DNA of 64,000 nt from Octopus sinensis (GCF_006345805.1 NC_042997.1:60574001-60638000); one strand, 5' to 3'. Numbered from the stretch's first letter, positions 38,466 to 53,156 are shown. Numbers and translations are program-made. The notes: generated by a model from the sequence alone, not told the origin.

Positions 38466-40127
38466 TAATGTGTTATACTAAAAATTCTTGCTGAGGTTGA
38501 CTTTTCCTTTCATCCTTTCAGGGTCAATAAAATAAAGAACCAGTCCATAACTGGGATTAATGTAACTAACTAACGCTTCCCACTAAAATTGCTGGCCTTG
38601 TGGCAAAATTTGAAACAACTCTAGCTAATTCATGGGCTAGTTGTAAATAGCCATAATTGTTATTACTGCCCCCCCCCCCGATAACTACCCCCTAACAATT
38701 TCTCTTTGGATAATTGCCTCAGAGGACAAATGCTCCCAGACAATTACCTCCAAACAATGGCACCCTAAGCAATTTCTTCTATTAGGAGAGAAAATGCAAC
38801 TATAAGAGCGTGAATAATTAATAACAATTGTTAGTTTTAAATGTTGGTACAAGGCCAGCAATTTCAGGCAGGGTATAAGTCAATTATGTCAACGACTGGT
38901 ATTTATTTTATCGACCTTGGTGGAATTTGAACTCAGAATGTAAAGACAGACGAAATGCTACTAAGCATTTTGTCCAATGTGCTAATACTTTTGCCAGCAC
39001 ACTGCCTTATAATTAGTAATAATCATTAATTGTTGTAATTATCGTATTTATTAATGATTTATTAATGTGTCACACAATTTGCAGTTTTAGTGGTTTAATT
39101 ATAGTGACATAAGAATGTAATTCATATTATTGGATAATTCTAAGATGGTGGATGACAGAATTGTTAGAGTACTTGGACAAGATACAGTATCTACATATAG
39201 TTTTTTATGTTCTGAGTCAAATCCAACAGAGGGTAACATTGCATTTCATCCTTTAAAGATTAATAAAATAAAATATTAATCAAATACTAGAGTTGATTGT
39301 ATCAACAAACCCCACTACCCTCAAAATTGCTAGCCTTCTGTATGAATTAAAAACGATTTTTGGTTAATTCTTCCTATTGTACAACAGATAAAACACAAAA
39401 ATAAACTTCAATTTTATTAATTTTGCACTCAATAATTGTACTTTTTTAAAACATTTTCTCTGAATTGGGGAATGGTTCAAGGCAAATTATCTGGGACCCT
39501 GTCTGTCTTAAGAGGGAAGTTCTCTAAGGGCAGCTGTACTGTAAAGCTATTGAATTCTTCTCAGTTAAAACTGAGTGTTGATAAGTAGTTAAAGCATGGC
39601 AGTGTTGGTCAAGTAAAATTCTTAAAAGAACTGATATATGAGATAATGTTAGTAAATGCTTTTAAAAGAACGCCTTCTACTGTGTAATTATTGGTTTATG
39701 TTATATACATATGTTTCACTAGCAATATACATGTTTCACAAAGCTAACTGAGCCTATCAGACTAGTGAGGCTGATTGAAATAGATAGAAGTAGTCGATAA
39801 CGTTCAGTTACTCAGTTGAAATTAAAATAGCCATAACAAATAACGATAAAATAGCAGTAAGTTACCTCCCTTAGAACATATCGCGCTCGCTGTAAGTTAA
39901 CGTCTCAAAATGGTTGGTTGTATCCATACGCTCTGAGTTCAAATCCTGTCAATGCTAACTTTACCTTTCAGTCCCTCTAGGATAATCAATAAATACCAGG
40001 CAAATACCGAAGTTAATTTATTCAAATGTTTCTTTCCCAAACGTTTGGCCTTTTCCTGATGGTAGTATAATGGAATGGAAGGTTTATAATACCTGTGGAG
40101 TATCTCCTTCTTCCATTATAATTGTTT

Positions 40128-41125
40128 TGTAGTTTCAAGAAGCTGGAACGGTCGTCGATTTGTGACGTTCATCATTCTCATCACCTCCAAGCGAGGTGAT
40201 GAGAATGGTTCCTTAGTACATCACATGGTCGATACAATAAATATAAATAGAACAATACATATATGTGCCAGAGGGAAATAAGAGACACAACTGGGTAGAA
40301 TGTTTAAGAGAAGATTTATTGATGTTAACATGTGTGATTGTGTGTGCGTCATATATACAGAATAATATTTAGGCCGTTGTAAGAATATGTATGCGTGTGT
40401 ATGTAGGCATTGACGAATGCGTGTTAGGAACATATAAGGATGGTGATGAAGAAGAGACAGTGAAAGAGTCTGTAGCCATCGAAGTGAGGAGTAAGTTCAT
40501 CAACACAAGAATGATAAATACCAGTTCGTAGTCAATTGTACACGATAGTTGAAATACTGTATCAAGAAGTTGTGGTGATGATGCAGAGCTGGTTGCAGTA
40601 CGTGTTGTATCTGAAGTTGTGCCTGAGATGCTGCTGCCTGGCTAACTTGGTACAGAAGTTCTCGCAGGTTGAATATTCGCAGTTGATCCATGGTGAAGTA
40701 ATTTACAAACAGTGTAGTGTTGTAACCAGGGTGAGTACGTAGAGAGATGTTGACGTTAGGATGAATGGTGGCGATGGAAATGGAGGTTGCTGAATGCTGT
40801 TGGACGAAGTTGGTGGGTCTCCACGTGGCTGCTGTTGTGTTATCGCTGGAACTGGCTGTGTCTTGTGTGGTCAGTGACTAGACCTTAAAAAGTCTGGAAC
40901 TGAAAGACCTCAAGATGAGGGAAAAGTTAGGTTTTTATAAGTTGTAGGCTCAAAGCTGAGTAGAAGACAGGCTGTCACACATGACTTTATTTGAAGGCTG
41001 CGATTGGTTGGGTTGCATATTGGCATGAATAGAGTAAGAGACAAATTGCGCCAATAACAACCAATCAGAGTAGTGGACACAACAGGGTCCCAAATGCGGC
41101 CAAAGGCTAGCTGTTATCTACTACA
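40128..41125 (-). mobile_element. Solo-LTR-like element of about 1 kb
   Basis: TGTAGT...ACTACA terminal inverted repeat, with TATA-like and AATAAA signals on the minus strand. No matching TSD found. Confidence 0.5.
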
Positions 41126-41343
41126 TTCATACATATGTATATATAATAGGGAGGAGTTTCACTCAAGTGTACGTTACAGTAGAAATTATTATTTTATTAT
41201 AAATCAAATGGATCCATAATTTTATCACATCTCATATACTGGTACTACACCGATTTTCCGAAAAATAGATGGTCCTGAACCTCTTATAATCCACACTAAT
41301 TTATGAGCAGGAACTTCAAATTCCCCCAGCTGCCAAACTAGTT

Positions 41344-41546
41344 TACGAGTGGTGCTGAAAAGTTCCTGGCTTTGGGTAAAAGAAAATACAGGAGGATCGT
41401 TATTATGGTTTTATTCTCAAATTCACACACTTATTGCAGTGGTCCTCAGTTTTTCTAAGCTCTGTAAAAGAACTCAGAAGGTTGGGGCTCTAGCCAGGCA
41501 TTTTGTGATACCCTTAAAGCCAGGAACTTTTCAGAACCCCCTAGTA
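41344..41546 (+). mobile_element. Tc1/mariner-type MITE
   Basis: TAcgagtggtgctgaaaagttcctggcttt ... aaagccaggaacttttcagaaccccctagTA. Confidence 0.85.
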
Positions 41547-41702
41547 CTGGTACTTTGCAGTGTGGCAAGCAGTTTGCTTCCCAATTGCATGGTTCCAGAG
41601 TACCTTGGGCAAGTCTCTTCAACTATAGCTTCAGGGCCAACCAAAGCCTTGTGAGTGGATTTGGTAGATAGAAACTGAAAGAAGCTCATTGTATATGTAT
41701 TC

Positions 41703-42120
41703 TCTTTACTCTTTTACTTGTTTCAGTCATTTGACTGCGGCCATGCTGGAGCACTGCCTTTTTAATCGAGCAACTTGACCCTGGGACTCATTCTTTTGTA
41801 AGCCCAGTACTTATTCTATCGGTCTCTTTCGCCGAACCACTAAGTAATGGGGACATAAACACACCAGCATCGGCTGTCAAGCAATGCTAAGGGAACAAAC
41901 ACAGACACACAAACACACACACGCATATATATATATATATATACATACATATATACGACGGGCTTCTTTCAGTTTCCATCTACCAAGTCCACTCACAAGG
42001 CTTTGGTCGGCCCAAGGCTATAGTAGAAGACACTTGCCCAAGGTGCCATGCAGTGGGACTGAACCCGGAACCATGTGGTTGGTAAGCAAGCTACTTACCA
42101 CACAGCCACTCCTGCGCCTA
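41703..42120 (-). mobile_element. Full-length composite CORE-type SINE
   Basis: Reverse strand reads taggcgcaggagtggctgtgtgg head, B-box, CORE-like motif, microsatellite linker, 3' part and a gtaaaaga tail. Confidence 0.85.
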
Positions 42121-42124
42121 TATG

Positions 42125-42190
<66 letters not shown>

Positions 42191-42663
42191 TGTGTGTATG
42201 TCTTTGTGTCTATGTTTACATCCCCATAACCTAGCAGTTCTGCAAAAAAGACCAATAGAATAAGTTCTAGGCTTACAAAAAATAAGTCCTGGAGTCAATT
42301 TCTTTGACTAAAAAACACCCTTCAAGGTGGTGCTCCAGTCTGGCTGCAATCAATTCACTGAAACAAGTAAAAGAATAAAAGAATTTGTTTAATTAAAAAT
42401 GTGTTGACAAAAAACCAGAAAAATCAGTAACCCAGGAATACTTTTGGACCAAAGATTCTAAAAAAATCAGTGTTGTACCAACATACATCGTTGTGGTGAA
42501 AAATAAAGTTAAGTATGGTGAATTCAAATACAAAACATAGCAAGATGTTGGTAAATACTGCAAGCACTTTAACCATTCTATTATTGAAAATAGGTGACAG
42601 TTTATTATAAATAAACTCTTTTATTGAAAGCCAACCATAAATCACCCTGAGCTAAAACATCCA

Positions 42664-42752
42664 CAGACATAACAAAGTGTCATGTGAACAGACACAACAA
42701 AGTGTCATAAAAACAGACATTGCAGTGTCATATGAACAGACATAACAAAGTC
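42664..42752. repeat. Minisatellite of about 25 bp, about 4 copies (acagacataacaaagtgtcatgtga)
   Basis: Direct reading. Confidence 0.8.
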
Positions 42753-44035
42753 TTGTAGCAGACTTTATGCCATGTCAATGCCAGGATCTAACTCTCAGTT
42801 GGTTATCAACTAACTCATCCACTCACACTCAATTTATGAATATTCTTAAATATAAAAATTTCACTCATGTTACAAATATAATATCTTGTAATTATTGATG
42901 GAAACATTGGTAACTTATCTATTACAGAAATAATATTTCATTGGTGCATTATGGATTAACTGATTGCCATTAGCTTGTCAGCTGTCAGCAGGTTATTGTA
43001 AGGATTTTTAATACTAGTTCATCAAGGGTGGCAAACTGGACAGAATCATTAACACACTGGGCAAAACGCTTAGTGGCATTTTGTCCATCTTTACATTCTA
43101 AGTTCAAATTCTACTGAGATTGACTTTGCCTTTCATCCTTTTGGGGTCAATTAAATAAGTATCAGTTGAGTACTGGGGTTGATGGAATTGACTAATCCCT
43201 CTGCCCCCAAATTGCTAGTCTTGTGCCAAAATTTGAAACCAATATTGCAGTTCATTAAATGTGGTCAGCTGGCAGAATCATTAGCATGCCAGGCAAAATG
43301 CCTTGTGGCATTTTGTCTATTTCTACATTCTGAGTTCAAATTCCGCCAAGGTCAACTTTGCTTTTCATCCTTTCACAATCAATGAAATAAGAGCCAGCTG
43401 AGCACTGATGTTGATGCAATCAACAAGCCACTCCCCTGAAATTGCTGACCTTGTACCAATATTAGAAACCAATATTATTGTTCATCTATCATTTACCTCA
43501 GCATATGTTCTTAATAGTTCTGGTCTTGCTCACAATTTAATTTTCATTAAAAATTTTTCAATTTAAAATTAGAACTTATTAAAGCTGAAATATTAGATAA
43601 ATTAATTTTTCTTCCAGTTCTACTTTGTTAGCAAGCTTCTACTGCCTTCCTATACTAAATGATTGATATTTTGATTTCCTTCAGAGAATTTTTTTTAAAT
43701 GTTGGACAACTTTACATTATAGAAAAATAGAAAATAACATATTTTATTGATAAGTGCACACAGTTTTATTTTGACAAATTTTATATGATCTTCATCTTTT
43801 ATATTTTACTTGTTTCAGTCACTGGAGTGTGCCTATGTGGGGCACCACCTTGAAGGGATTTAGTTGAACAAATCGACACCCAGGATTTATTTTGTTTCTT
43901 TTAGCCTGCTACTTATTCTATCAGTCACTTTTGCCAAATCTCCAAATTACAGACGTAAACACGCCAATACCAGTTGTAACTCGCGGTGGTGGGCAAATAC
44001 AATCACATAGACACACACACACATGTATATATATG

Positions 44036-44068
<33 letters not shown>

Positions 44069-44069
<1 letters not shown>

Positions 44070-44514
44070 ACAATAATATTAAGGAATGGCCTTGATAGGC
44101 CATTCGACTCACTAAAACGAGCAACCAAACTCAAACCGCTAAATAGTAGTAATTCAGGAATCAAAGGAAAATTAAAAACATTTACCCTTATCATCTTTGG
44201 ACTATGCATAGTGTCGACGTACATTTTGGCAAACCAGCTCAATTAAATTAAATTTAATTTAATTAAATCAATTTACCACTGGCCCGTCTCATCGGCAAAG
44301 AAGCCAGGGGGAATATATATTCCATGAGGCAACAGCATCGGTGCCTCAGGAATATATACTCTAAACTTTCAAAATCTACCGTCATCGCGCCAACTTATCA
44401 GCAGCAAATATAAACTGCTGATTTAATTTCAGAATTAGCCAAAAAATCATTAATTAATCAATATCAGGGTAGCAAAAAATTCAAGAGAAATTTTTTCGCC
44501 ACCAGCGGTCTAGT
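44069..44514 (+). mobile_element. Possible non-autonomous Helitron
   Basis: Ends cgccaccagcggtCTAG|T. Its first 25 nt (aacaataatattaaggaatggcctt) recur at 44556-44580. Internal hairpin at 44311-44361. Confidence 0.4.
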
Positions 44515-44582
44515 GAGAAAGAAAAAATAGTCAACAGACTATATAATGTACATTCAACAATAATATTAAGGAATGGCCTTAA

Positions 44583-44584
<2 letters not shown>

Positions 44585-44616
<32 letters not shown>

Positions 44617-44834
44617 GTATGTATATATGTATATATGTATATATATGTACATGTATGTATATATATATGTATATGTAGGTATATATATGTATTTGTATGT
44701 ATATATATGTATATGCATGTATGTATATATATGTATATATATATTATATATATATATATATGTATATGTATGTATATTTCTATGTATATGTATGTATATC
44801 TATGTATATGTATGTATATATATATGTATATATG

Positions 44835-44877
<43 letters not shown>

Positions 44878-44912
44878 GTATATGTATATATATGTATATA
44901 TATATATGTATA
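44585..44912. repeat. Compound (TA)/(TATG) microsatellite
   Basis: Direct reading. Confidence 0.95.
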
Positions 44913-45118
44913 GTGCCACCTGACTGGCTCCCATGCCAGTTGCACTTTCAGAGTGGTTGGCGTTAGGAAGGGCATCCAGCTGTAGAAACTTTGCCAGATC
45001 AGATTGGAGTCTGGTGCATCCTTCTAGCTCGCCAGCCCTCAGTCAAACCGTTCAACCCATGCCAGGATGGAAAGTGGATGTTAATTGACAACGACAACGA
45101 TGATGATGATGATGATGA
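44913..45118 (+). mobile_element. Abundant unnamed retroposon 3' end with a (GAT)n tail
   Basis: gttggcgttaggaagggcatccagctgtagaaac...aacccatgccag...gatgatgat. Copies at about 9450-9625, 19790-19923 with 20818-20910, 46840-47010, 49460-49620 and 50040-50635. Confidence 0.65.
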
Positions 45119-45483
45119 TATATATATATATATACACACACATACATACATATGTATATATATGACAGGCTTCTTTCAGTTTCTGTCTACCAAATCCACT
45201 CACAAGGCTTTAGTAGAAGACACTTGTCTAAGTTTCCACACAGTGGAACTGAAGCCAGAGCCATGTAGTTGGGAAGCATACTTCTTACTACACAGTGACA
45301 CCAGAGCTATCATCATTATCAATGTTCTAGTGTCTCTTTTTTCATGATAGTAGGGGTATGTTGGCACTGCTGTAGAGCTAAAAATTATTCGTGATTTTTA
45401 TAGTCACTGATGTTTTTATACTTTATCCTGGAAACAACTTATGTATGTTAAAAATATTTCGGCCACATCGATATTTTTTTGTA

Positions 45484-45643
45484 AGTGGCTGTGTGGTAAG
45501 TAGCTTGTTTATGAACTACATGGTTCCGGATTCAGTCCCACTGCGTGACTACTGTAGCCTCGGGCCAACCAAAGCCGTATGAGTGAATTTGGTAGACGAA
45601 AACTGAAAGAAGCCCATCGTATGTATATATATATATTTATATA

Positions 45644-45679
<36 letters not shown>

Positions 45680-45960
45680 TGTATGTATGTATGTATGTAT
45701 GCATGCATGTATGTATGTATGTATGTATGTATGTGTGTGTGTGTATATGTTTGTGTGTCTGTGTTTGTACCCCCAACATCGCTTGACAACCGATGCTGGT
45801 GTGGTTACGTCCTCGTAACTTAGCGGTTCGGCAAAAAGGCCGATAGAATAAGTACTGGGCTTACAAAGAATAAGTCCTGGGGTCTATTTGCTCGACTAAA
45901 AGGCGGTGCTCCAGCATGGCCACAGTCAAATGACTAAAACAAGTAAAAGAGTAAAAGAGA
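45484..45960 (+). mobile_element. Full-length composite CORE-type SINE
   Basis: Same structure as 41703-42120, with a (TATG)n linker. Confidence 0.85.
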
Positions 45961-46330
45961 ATAAAACTGCCTTTCTGTTAATGCATTAACAAATATTAAT
46001 GTAAGGGAGATAACTCTTTTCTTTGTGCATAAGGCGCGGTTGTTTTTGTTCTTTCAAATTGAAACTGAGGCACATAATTCTAAAAAAATCTACATATTAA
46101 TATATTAAGGCTGATTCAAATTCCGCCGATCGACTTTGCCTTTCATCCTTTAGGGGTCGATAAATTAAGTACCAGTTGCGTACTGGAGTCGATCTAATCG
46201 ACTGGGCCCCTCCCCCAAAATTTCAGGCTTTATGCCTAGAGTAGAAAAGAATATGTTAAGGCTGAATGCGTTACAGTCATGTGGTTAGTAGAAGGGAGAG
46301 ACAAAAAGCGAGGGAAAAGAGAGAGATAGA

Positions 46331-46379
<49 letters not shown>

Positions 46380-46476
46380 GTTAATGACTTGGATTAGGGG
46401 GATAGTAATAGTTATTACACTAAGATCAAATGTGTGATGCTGTGATATGGTTACTTCAAGGAGCAGGCAAAAAGAG

Positions 46477-46533
<57 letters not shown>

Positions 46534-47265
46534 AGACAGTGTGAAGAAAGTTAGTGCTGAGAGGCAAGAGAAAGGTATTGCTATTACATTGTGTGGTTGA
46601 ATAGTTGAAGAAAGAGGTAGAAAGTAGAAGTAGGGTACTACAATTAGTTAGGTCTTTTTTTCAGACAGACAGACAAACAGTACATGTGAGTAGATAGAGT
46701 CATCTACTCAGAGTGTTAAGAGCCATATTTGTGTAATCACCCCTTTCACTGAATCCAGTAAGAGTTCAGTAGTGGACCACGGATTCTAAGCAACAAATAG
46801 CAAGACCCAATCCAGTCACATAATAATAAAATACTAGAAATCATCATCATTTAATGTCTGTTTTCCTTGCTGGCATGGTTAGCCCATAGCTGGTATGGCC
46901 AGGGGTATCAGCTGGCTCCATTGTCTGTTCTGGTATGGTTTCTATGGCTGAATGCCCTTCCTAATGCCAACCATTCCACGGAGCACACAGAGTACTTTTT
47001 ATATGACACCAGCACAATTCTGCTGTGGCAGATGGGTCTTCTTGAGTGCAGAGTACAATTAATAACAAAAATAACAGTTTCAAATTTAGACAGAAGGCCA
47101 ACAAGGAGGAGGTGGTAAGATGATTATATCAACTTCAGTGTTCAAATGGTACTTATTCCCTCAATACAAAAGGATGAAAGGCTAAGTTGACCTTGGTGAT
47201 ATGTGAATTCAGAATGCACTGCTGGAAGAAATGTCACAAAGCATTTTGCCCAGTGTAGTAGCAGA

Positions 47266-48518
<1,253 letters not shown>

Positions 48519-49067
48519 GATGCAGTACCAGGCAGTGGCTCTCATGGCTTCTGATCTTAACTGATTGGAAGTGTTATCATGTACATTGTTTTGTCTTGGT
48601 ATAAAAGATGGGCTACAGCAAATATTCTGCTCAATACCACAGATTTGCTTGTCAGTTGTTTGACCATGACCAGTTGAGCATGTCCCTTAGAGGCTGACGA
48701 TACGTGCATCTCTGATCACGAGCAGAAGTAGTGGGGGAGCATCATAGTCATATGTTGAGAGGGATTCTTTGGGGTTTGAATAGTTCACCTCTGGAAACAT
48801 GGGTGGTTCTTTCAACATCCTTAAACAACCCTTATTCAGGGACCGTTTGAGCGGGATGGGCTACTCAACCTGAAGAAAATTCTAACTGGGCCCCACCTGC
48901 AAGGTCATGTGCTGTTTATCTTGATATGAGATCACCATGTCGCGCACATATGGTTGTGATGCATGTGCCTGGTGTACTTTTATCAGACGGGTAGTCATGA
49001 TGGGTATATTGGGCTTCGTATATTTTACCCCAGTGTCACTTTGATAGCATGAACTGCTCTCTCACTC
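48519..49067 (+). mobile_element. Non-coding repeat of about 550 bp embedded in (AAT)n on both sides
   Basis: Sharp boundaries against (AAT)n at 48518 and 49068. Higher GC than the flanks; no long ORF. Confidence 0.6.
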
Positions 49068-49107
<40 letters not shown>

Positions 49108-49647
49108 GTTTCTAACATAAGCATAAACCCAGAAATTTAGGAGGAGGAGGAGGAAATAAGTAAATTTAATTGACTTCAGTACTTGAATAGTACTTTATTT
49201 TATTAACCTCAGAGGAATGAGCTTCAAAGTTGAATCAAGCAAGGTTTGAATTTAGAACATAAAGAACCAGAAGAAATGGTATGTGGCATTTTATCCAGCA
49301 TTTTAATTGTTCTACCAATTCACCACCCTTAAGTTATAGTTTCTAGCAACAACACAAAGATATACAAATGGCATGAACTGGCTTTTGCAAAAGTCCTGTT
49401 ACACTCAGTTTTCAATGTGTTTGATAGATAAAGTGCCATCAAACATACTTAAAGTTCTACTTTTCCAGCACATATATGTTAGGAAGGGTATCCAGCTGTA
49501 GAAACCATGCCAAATCAGACTGAAACCTGATGCAGCTCCCCAGCTTACCAGTTTTTTGTAAAACCATCCAACCCATGCCAGCATGCAAAGTGGACGTTAA
49601 ATGATAATGATGATCATTATGATGTGTGTGTGTGTGTGTGAGTGTGT

Positions 49648-49957
49648 GAAGGTGCATGGGTTGGTTGTTAGGGTAAGATTATTCTGCCCAAGATTGTAAG
49701 GTTGTGAGTTCAACTCCTGATGGTGTGTTGTGTCCTTGAGCAAGATACTTTATTTCACATTGACAAAAATGAGTTGTGCCTGTAGTTCAAAGGGTTAGCC
49801 ATATCACTTTCTGTGTCATGCTGATACTCCCTGAGAACCATGTTGATATGCATGTTCTGTGGAGTGCTCATCCACTTGCATATAAATTGCATGATCAGGC
49901 TGTTCTGTTGATCGGGTCAACTGGAACACTCAACACCATAACTGACGGAGTGCCAGT
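49648..49957 (+). mobile_element. tRNA-headed SINE (CORE/Ceph-like, naming tentative)
   Basis: B-box gagttcaactcc, gtgttgtgtccttgagcaagatactt motif, and a 3' part shared with 28968-29148. Confidence 0.75.
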
Positions 49958-50140
49958 CAAGTATACATATATACGTCTACCCACTGTTCCCTGTGGGTAA
50001 GTCCTGGTGTATCTCCAAACCTGCTTCATAAAAGCACCCAGTACACACTGTAAAGAGGTTGACATTAGGAAGGGTATGCAGGGTAAAAACCAAGCCAAAG
50101 CTGACAGGACAGTTGAGCTTGCACAGTCTTTTAACTTGCC

Positions 50141-50567
50141 GGATCTTTTCGGTTTGAACGGCAGTTTTTTCTAGCAGTGTCATATGAAATTGTCACCCAT
50201 AATTATGACCCTAGTATTGCATTTCAATCTGTTTTAGGGTTAGAGTTAGTTAGGGTTACGGTTAAGGGTGGGGGGAAGGGTATCTCTTTTACTTCACAAA
50301 TGTAAATAAACCCAATCTGTTTCTTAAACAAGGGACATATTCATATGGCACAGAATGTTTTTTTACCTCAATACACGTCATTGATTGGTTGAAATTGCAA
50401 AAATTGAAGAAAAAAGCCCAACAAATATCTTACAAACAATAGAATTTTCTCAATAAAGCCAAGAGAAAAAGCTGTTTTATAAACACATTCTACCAGTATA
50501 CGAAGTTTAAAATTTTTTAATTACCTAGAAATTATGTTAAAAACTGCCGTTCAAACTGAAAAGATCC
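50141..50567. mobile_element. Shorter relative of the 19924-20817 element, with an 8-bp TSD
   Basis: GGATCTTTTC...GAAAAGATCC termini. TSD AACTTGCC at 50133-50140 and 50568-50575. Degenerate (TTAGGG)n at about 50236-50268. Confidence 0.9.
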
Positions 50568-50646
50568 AACTTGCCTACTCTTGTCAAACTGTTCAGCCCA
50601 CGCCAGCATGGAAAAAGGATATAAACCGATGATGACAAAATGTATG

Positions 50647-50686
<40 letters not shown>

Positions 50687-51555
50687 TACATACATACATA
50701 CACACACACTTACACACACTCACGCATATATATCTTACCCAGAAAGAGAGAGAGAATACTCTATATCAGGACCAGATGTCAGCTAGCTTGCCCAGTTGGT
50801 CATGCAACATAGCAATAATAGTGATAAAAATGTAACTGATTAAACTACTAGTAATCTTAAAAAGAATGCTCCTTTTATTAAAAGTATGTTGTTATAAAGT
50901 ATTCCACCCTATTATAAAGTACTTCTATTTTTGTGGTGTATCCTTAACAATATAATATACCCATTAAAAGTTCTCTATTATTGAAACAATTAACAGAAAT
51001 AATAGTTTCACATTTTGGCAGAAGACCAGCAAGGTGGTACAGTGATTACATCAACCTCAGTGTTCAAACAGTACAAATGAACAATACAAAATAGTGAAGA
51101 ATTCAACAAGTTTTATAAATAGAATTAGTAACGATGGTGTCTTTATTTAAGATGGTGGATAATTTGATAGAGATTTGGTTACTATTTCTGGCATGTCAAA
51201 CAACAATGTAGTTTTTTGGTGGCTCATAAATATTGGAAATTTCAATGTATTGTCTGATCTCTCTCACATTACAGGAAAAAAAAATCATCATTTATAAACA
51301 ATCACTTGGGCATTTCCTAATAAATCATTTAGACTATATCGTTATACAGCTATATCAAGTAATGTCTACTATTTGCTTTCAATCACCCCCTTTCATATAA
51401 TGGGAATTGCTTTCTATAAAGTTCTAGATCACTTTAATTTCACTTTGTGATCATAAAACGAAACACGGCCAACACATCCCAACCTTTTCCTACAAGTGCT
51501 TTCCTTTCTATTCTTTCAATCACCACAGCAGCAAAACCAGCAACTCGCATCTCAC

Positions 51556-51690
51556 CTTCACCCAAACTCCTTCTGAGAACGTTACCGTCGCTCTGGAATT
51601 GATTTGCGACTGTTCAAGCAGAACACCAAAACGCATCAATCTGATCAGTTCCAAAAGGTCGACGTTGGTCATCAGTACAGTCCCTCCCTC
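51556..51690 (-). other. Candidate exon 2 of a transcript divergent from FPGS (possible ORF MTNVDLLELIRLMRFG...VWVK)
   Basis: tttatttagttAG| acceptor at 51691/51690, ATG at 51672, 39 open codons, AAG|GTGAGA donor. Product not recognised. Confidence 0.35.
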
Positions 51691-51850
51691 CTAACTAAAT
51701 AAAGCCATAAAGGAAAAGCTGATAAAGTCCGCCAGGCAGCTTCAATTCCCAGTTCCTATTTTACTTGTTTAAGTTAAGCAAAATACTGGTGAATTATTAA
51801 GCATACGTATAGGTAAATAAACGAATAAATAAATGAACCTATTTACTCAC

Positions 51851-51930
51851 AGAAGTTCCAAATAACTAAACACGATTTTAAGTCGACAACTCCCGGTCCA
51901 CAAATTTTCTAGGGAACTTAATTAATGATA
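51851..51930 (-). other. Candidate non-coding first exon divergent from FPGS
   Basis: ggaacttct|GTGAGTAA donor at 51851/51850 in a CpG-rich stretch about 300-400 bp from the FPGS ATG. The 5' boundary is approximate. Confidence 0.4.
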
Positions 51931-52235
51931 CACCGGTTAAATACATAGTCTGCTATTTTTATTTCTTTTCGCATCTAACGTATTTTCCAGCCAGAGTTAC
52001 TATGAACTGAAATCTCCATATTCGTTTTTAAAATCAACTTTGTTGTTAATTGGGTTAGCATTCAAATATGGACAAAATAAGTGCAGCGATTCGACGATAT
52101 AATTCAAACTTCAACTTGTTGGCTGTTACACGTGGTCCTATACTTGTAACTTTATCAGTCTCATGTCATCTCCCAATGTGAAACCCAACTCGCTTCGATA
52201 CCAACTAATAAAAGAAATATTTAAGCATTATTTCA

Positions 52236-52487
52236 ATGCAGCAAATTTCTCGTCATATAATTAACTTGGCTGGCCAATCGGCATTCAAATTTTGGAAGAC
52301 TGCCCCAGTAAAACAAAAGAAATATTGGTGTCATCTGTTGATCACGTTGTCAACATCCTCTACTTGTTTGTATTGCCGCCAGAGGATTTGCACAACCATG
52401 TCAGTCCGATTATTCAGTTTAAAAACACACTCCATGGAACACGATTCTTCTAAAGAAATTGGATCAAATTACAGAAAAACATATGAA
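52236..52487 (+). CDS. FPGS: Folylpolyglutamate synthase coding exon 1 (presequence plus start of the enzyme)
   Basis: 84 codons ending RKTYE|GTGAGT, phase 0. Joined to 61951 it reads TYE-DAIVKLNLLQAN, matching FPGS (human MEYQ|DAVRMLNTLQTN as I recall it, with the same junction). In-frame ATGs at 52236, 52398 and 52434. Confidence 0.8.
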
Positions 52488-53156
52488 GTGAGTAACGACA
52501 CTGTATTTATGTCGATGTGAATGTTATTGTTGTAAACAGTAGAAATGAGAGGTTTGACTAGTTAATTATGTAATGTAGATCTATGACATATAATGACGTT
52601 GTTGTCTGAACTCAGGTTGACCATAATTCAGCAGACATGATCAAAAACATTCCAGTGATGGCCACCCATCTTTTTTCTTCAAGTATCATGCATGTGGTAC
52701 TTTATCATTTATTATGGTTTTTGGGTCCTTATACAACCACAGGCACATCAACAACTGACCAGTATGCCTATAGCTTAAAACAAACTGGTAGAGCTGTTGA
52801 TTGGCCTCAGGCCAACCTTGATCGACTTTTGTTTATCTAATACTACATTGTCCACTGTGTCGTTCACTTTTAAGACGGTGGGGCATAGTTTAAAAGATAT
52901 TTGGTGCTATTTTAAGCAGGTTTAACGACTACATGGGGCCCCCTTGCAATGTTAGAGGTAGTTATTGTAAAATGTAATTTTATTCCTTAAAATTTAAACA
53001 GTAATCACATTCTAATACTTTTAGGGGAGTATAAGATTTGCTCGATTTGCAGAAGTTTTATTTTCTTTGTTTTCGTACCATGTAGAGTTCGGAACCTTAT
53101 CATACTGTTTTTGTTGTTATCTCTTTCATGTTTCCTTCTCCACTAGCATGTTTTTT

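Noticed and set aside
40140-40175. Hammerhead-like TGATGA-cgtc...gacg on the minus strand
   Set aside because: It lacks the GAAA and stems I and III.
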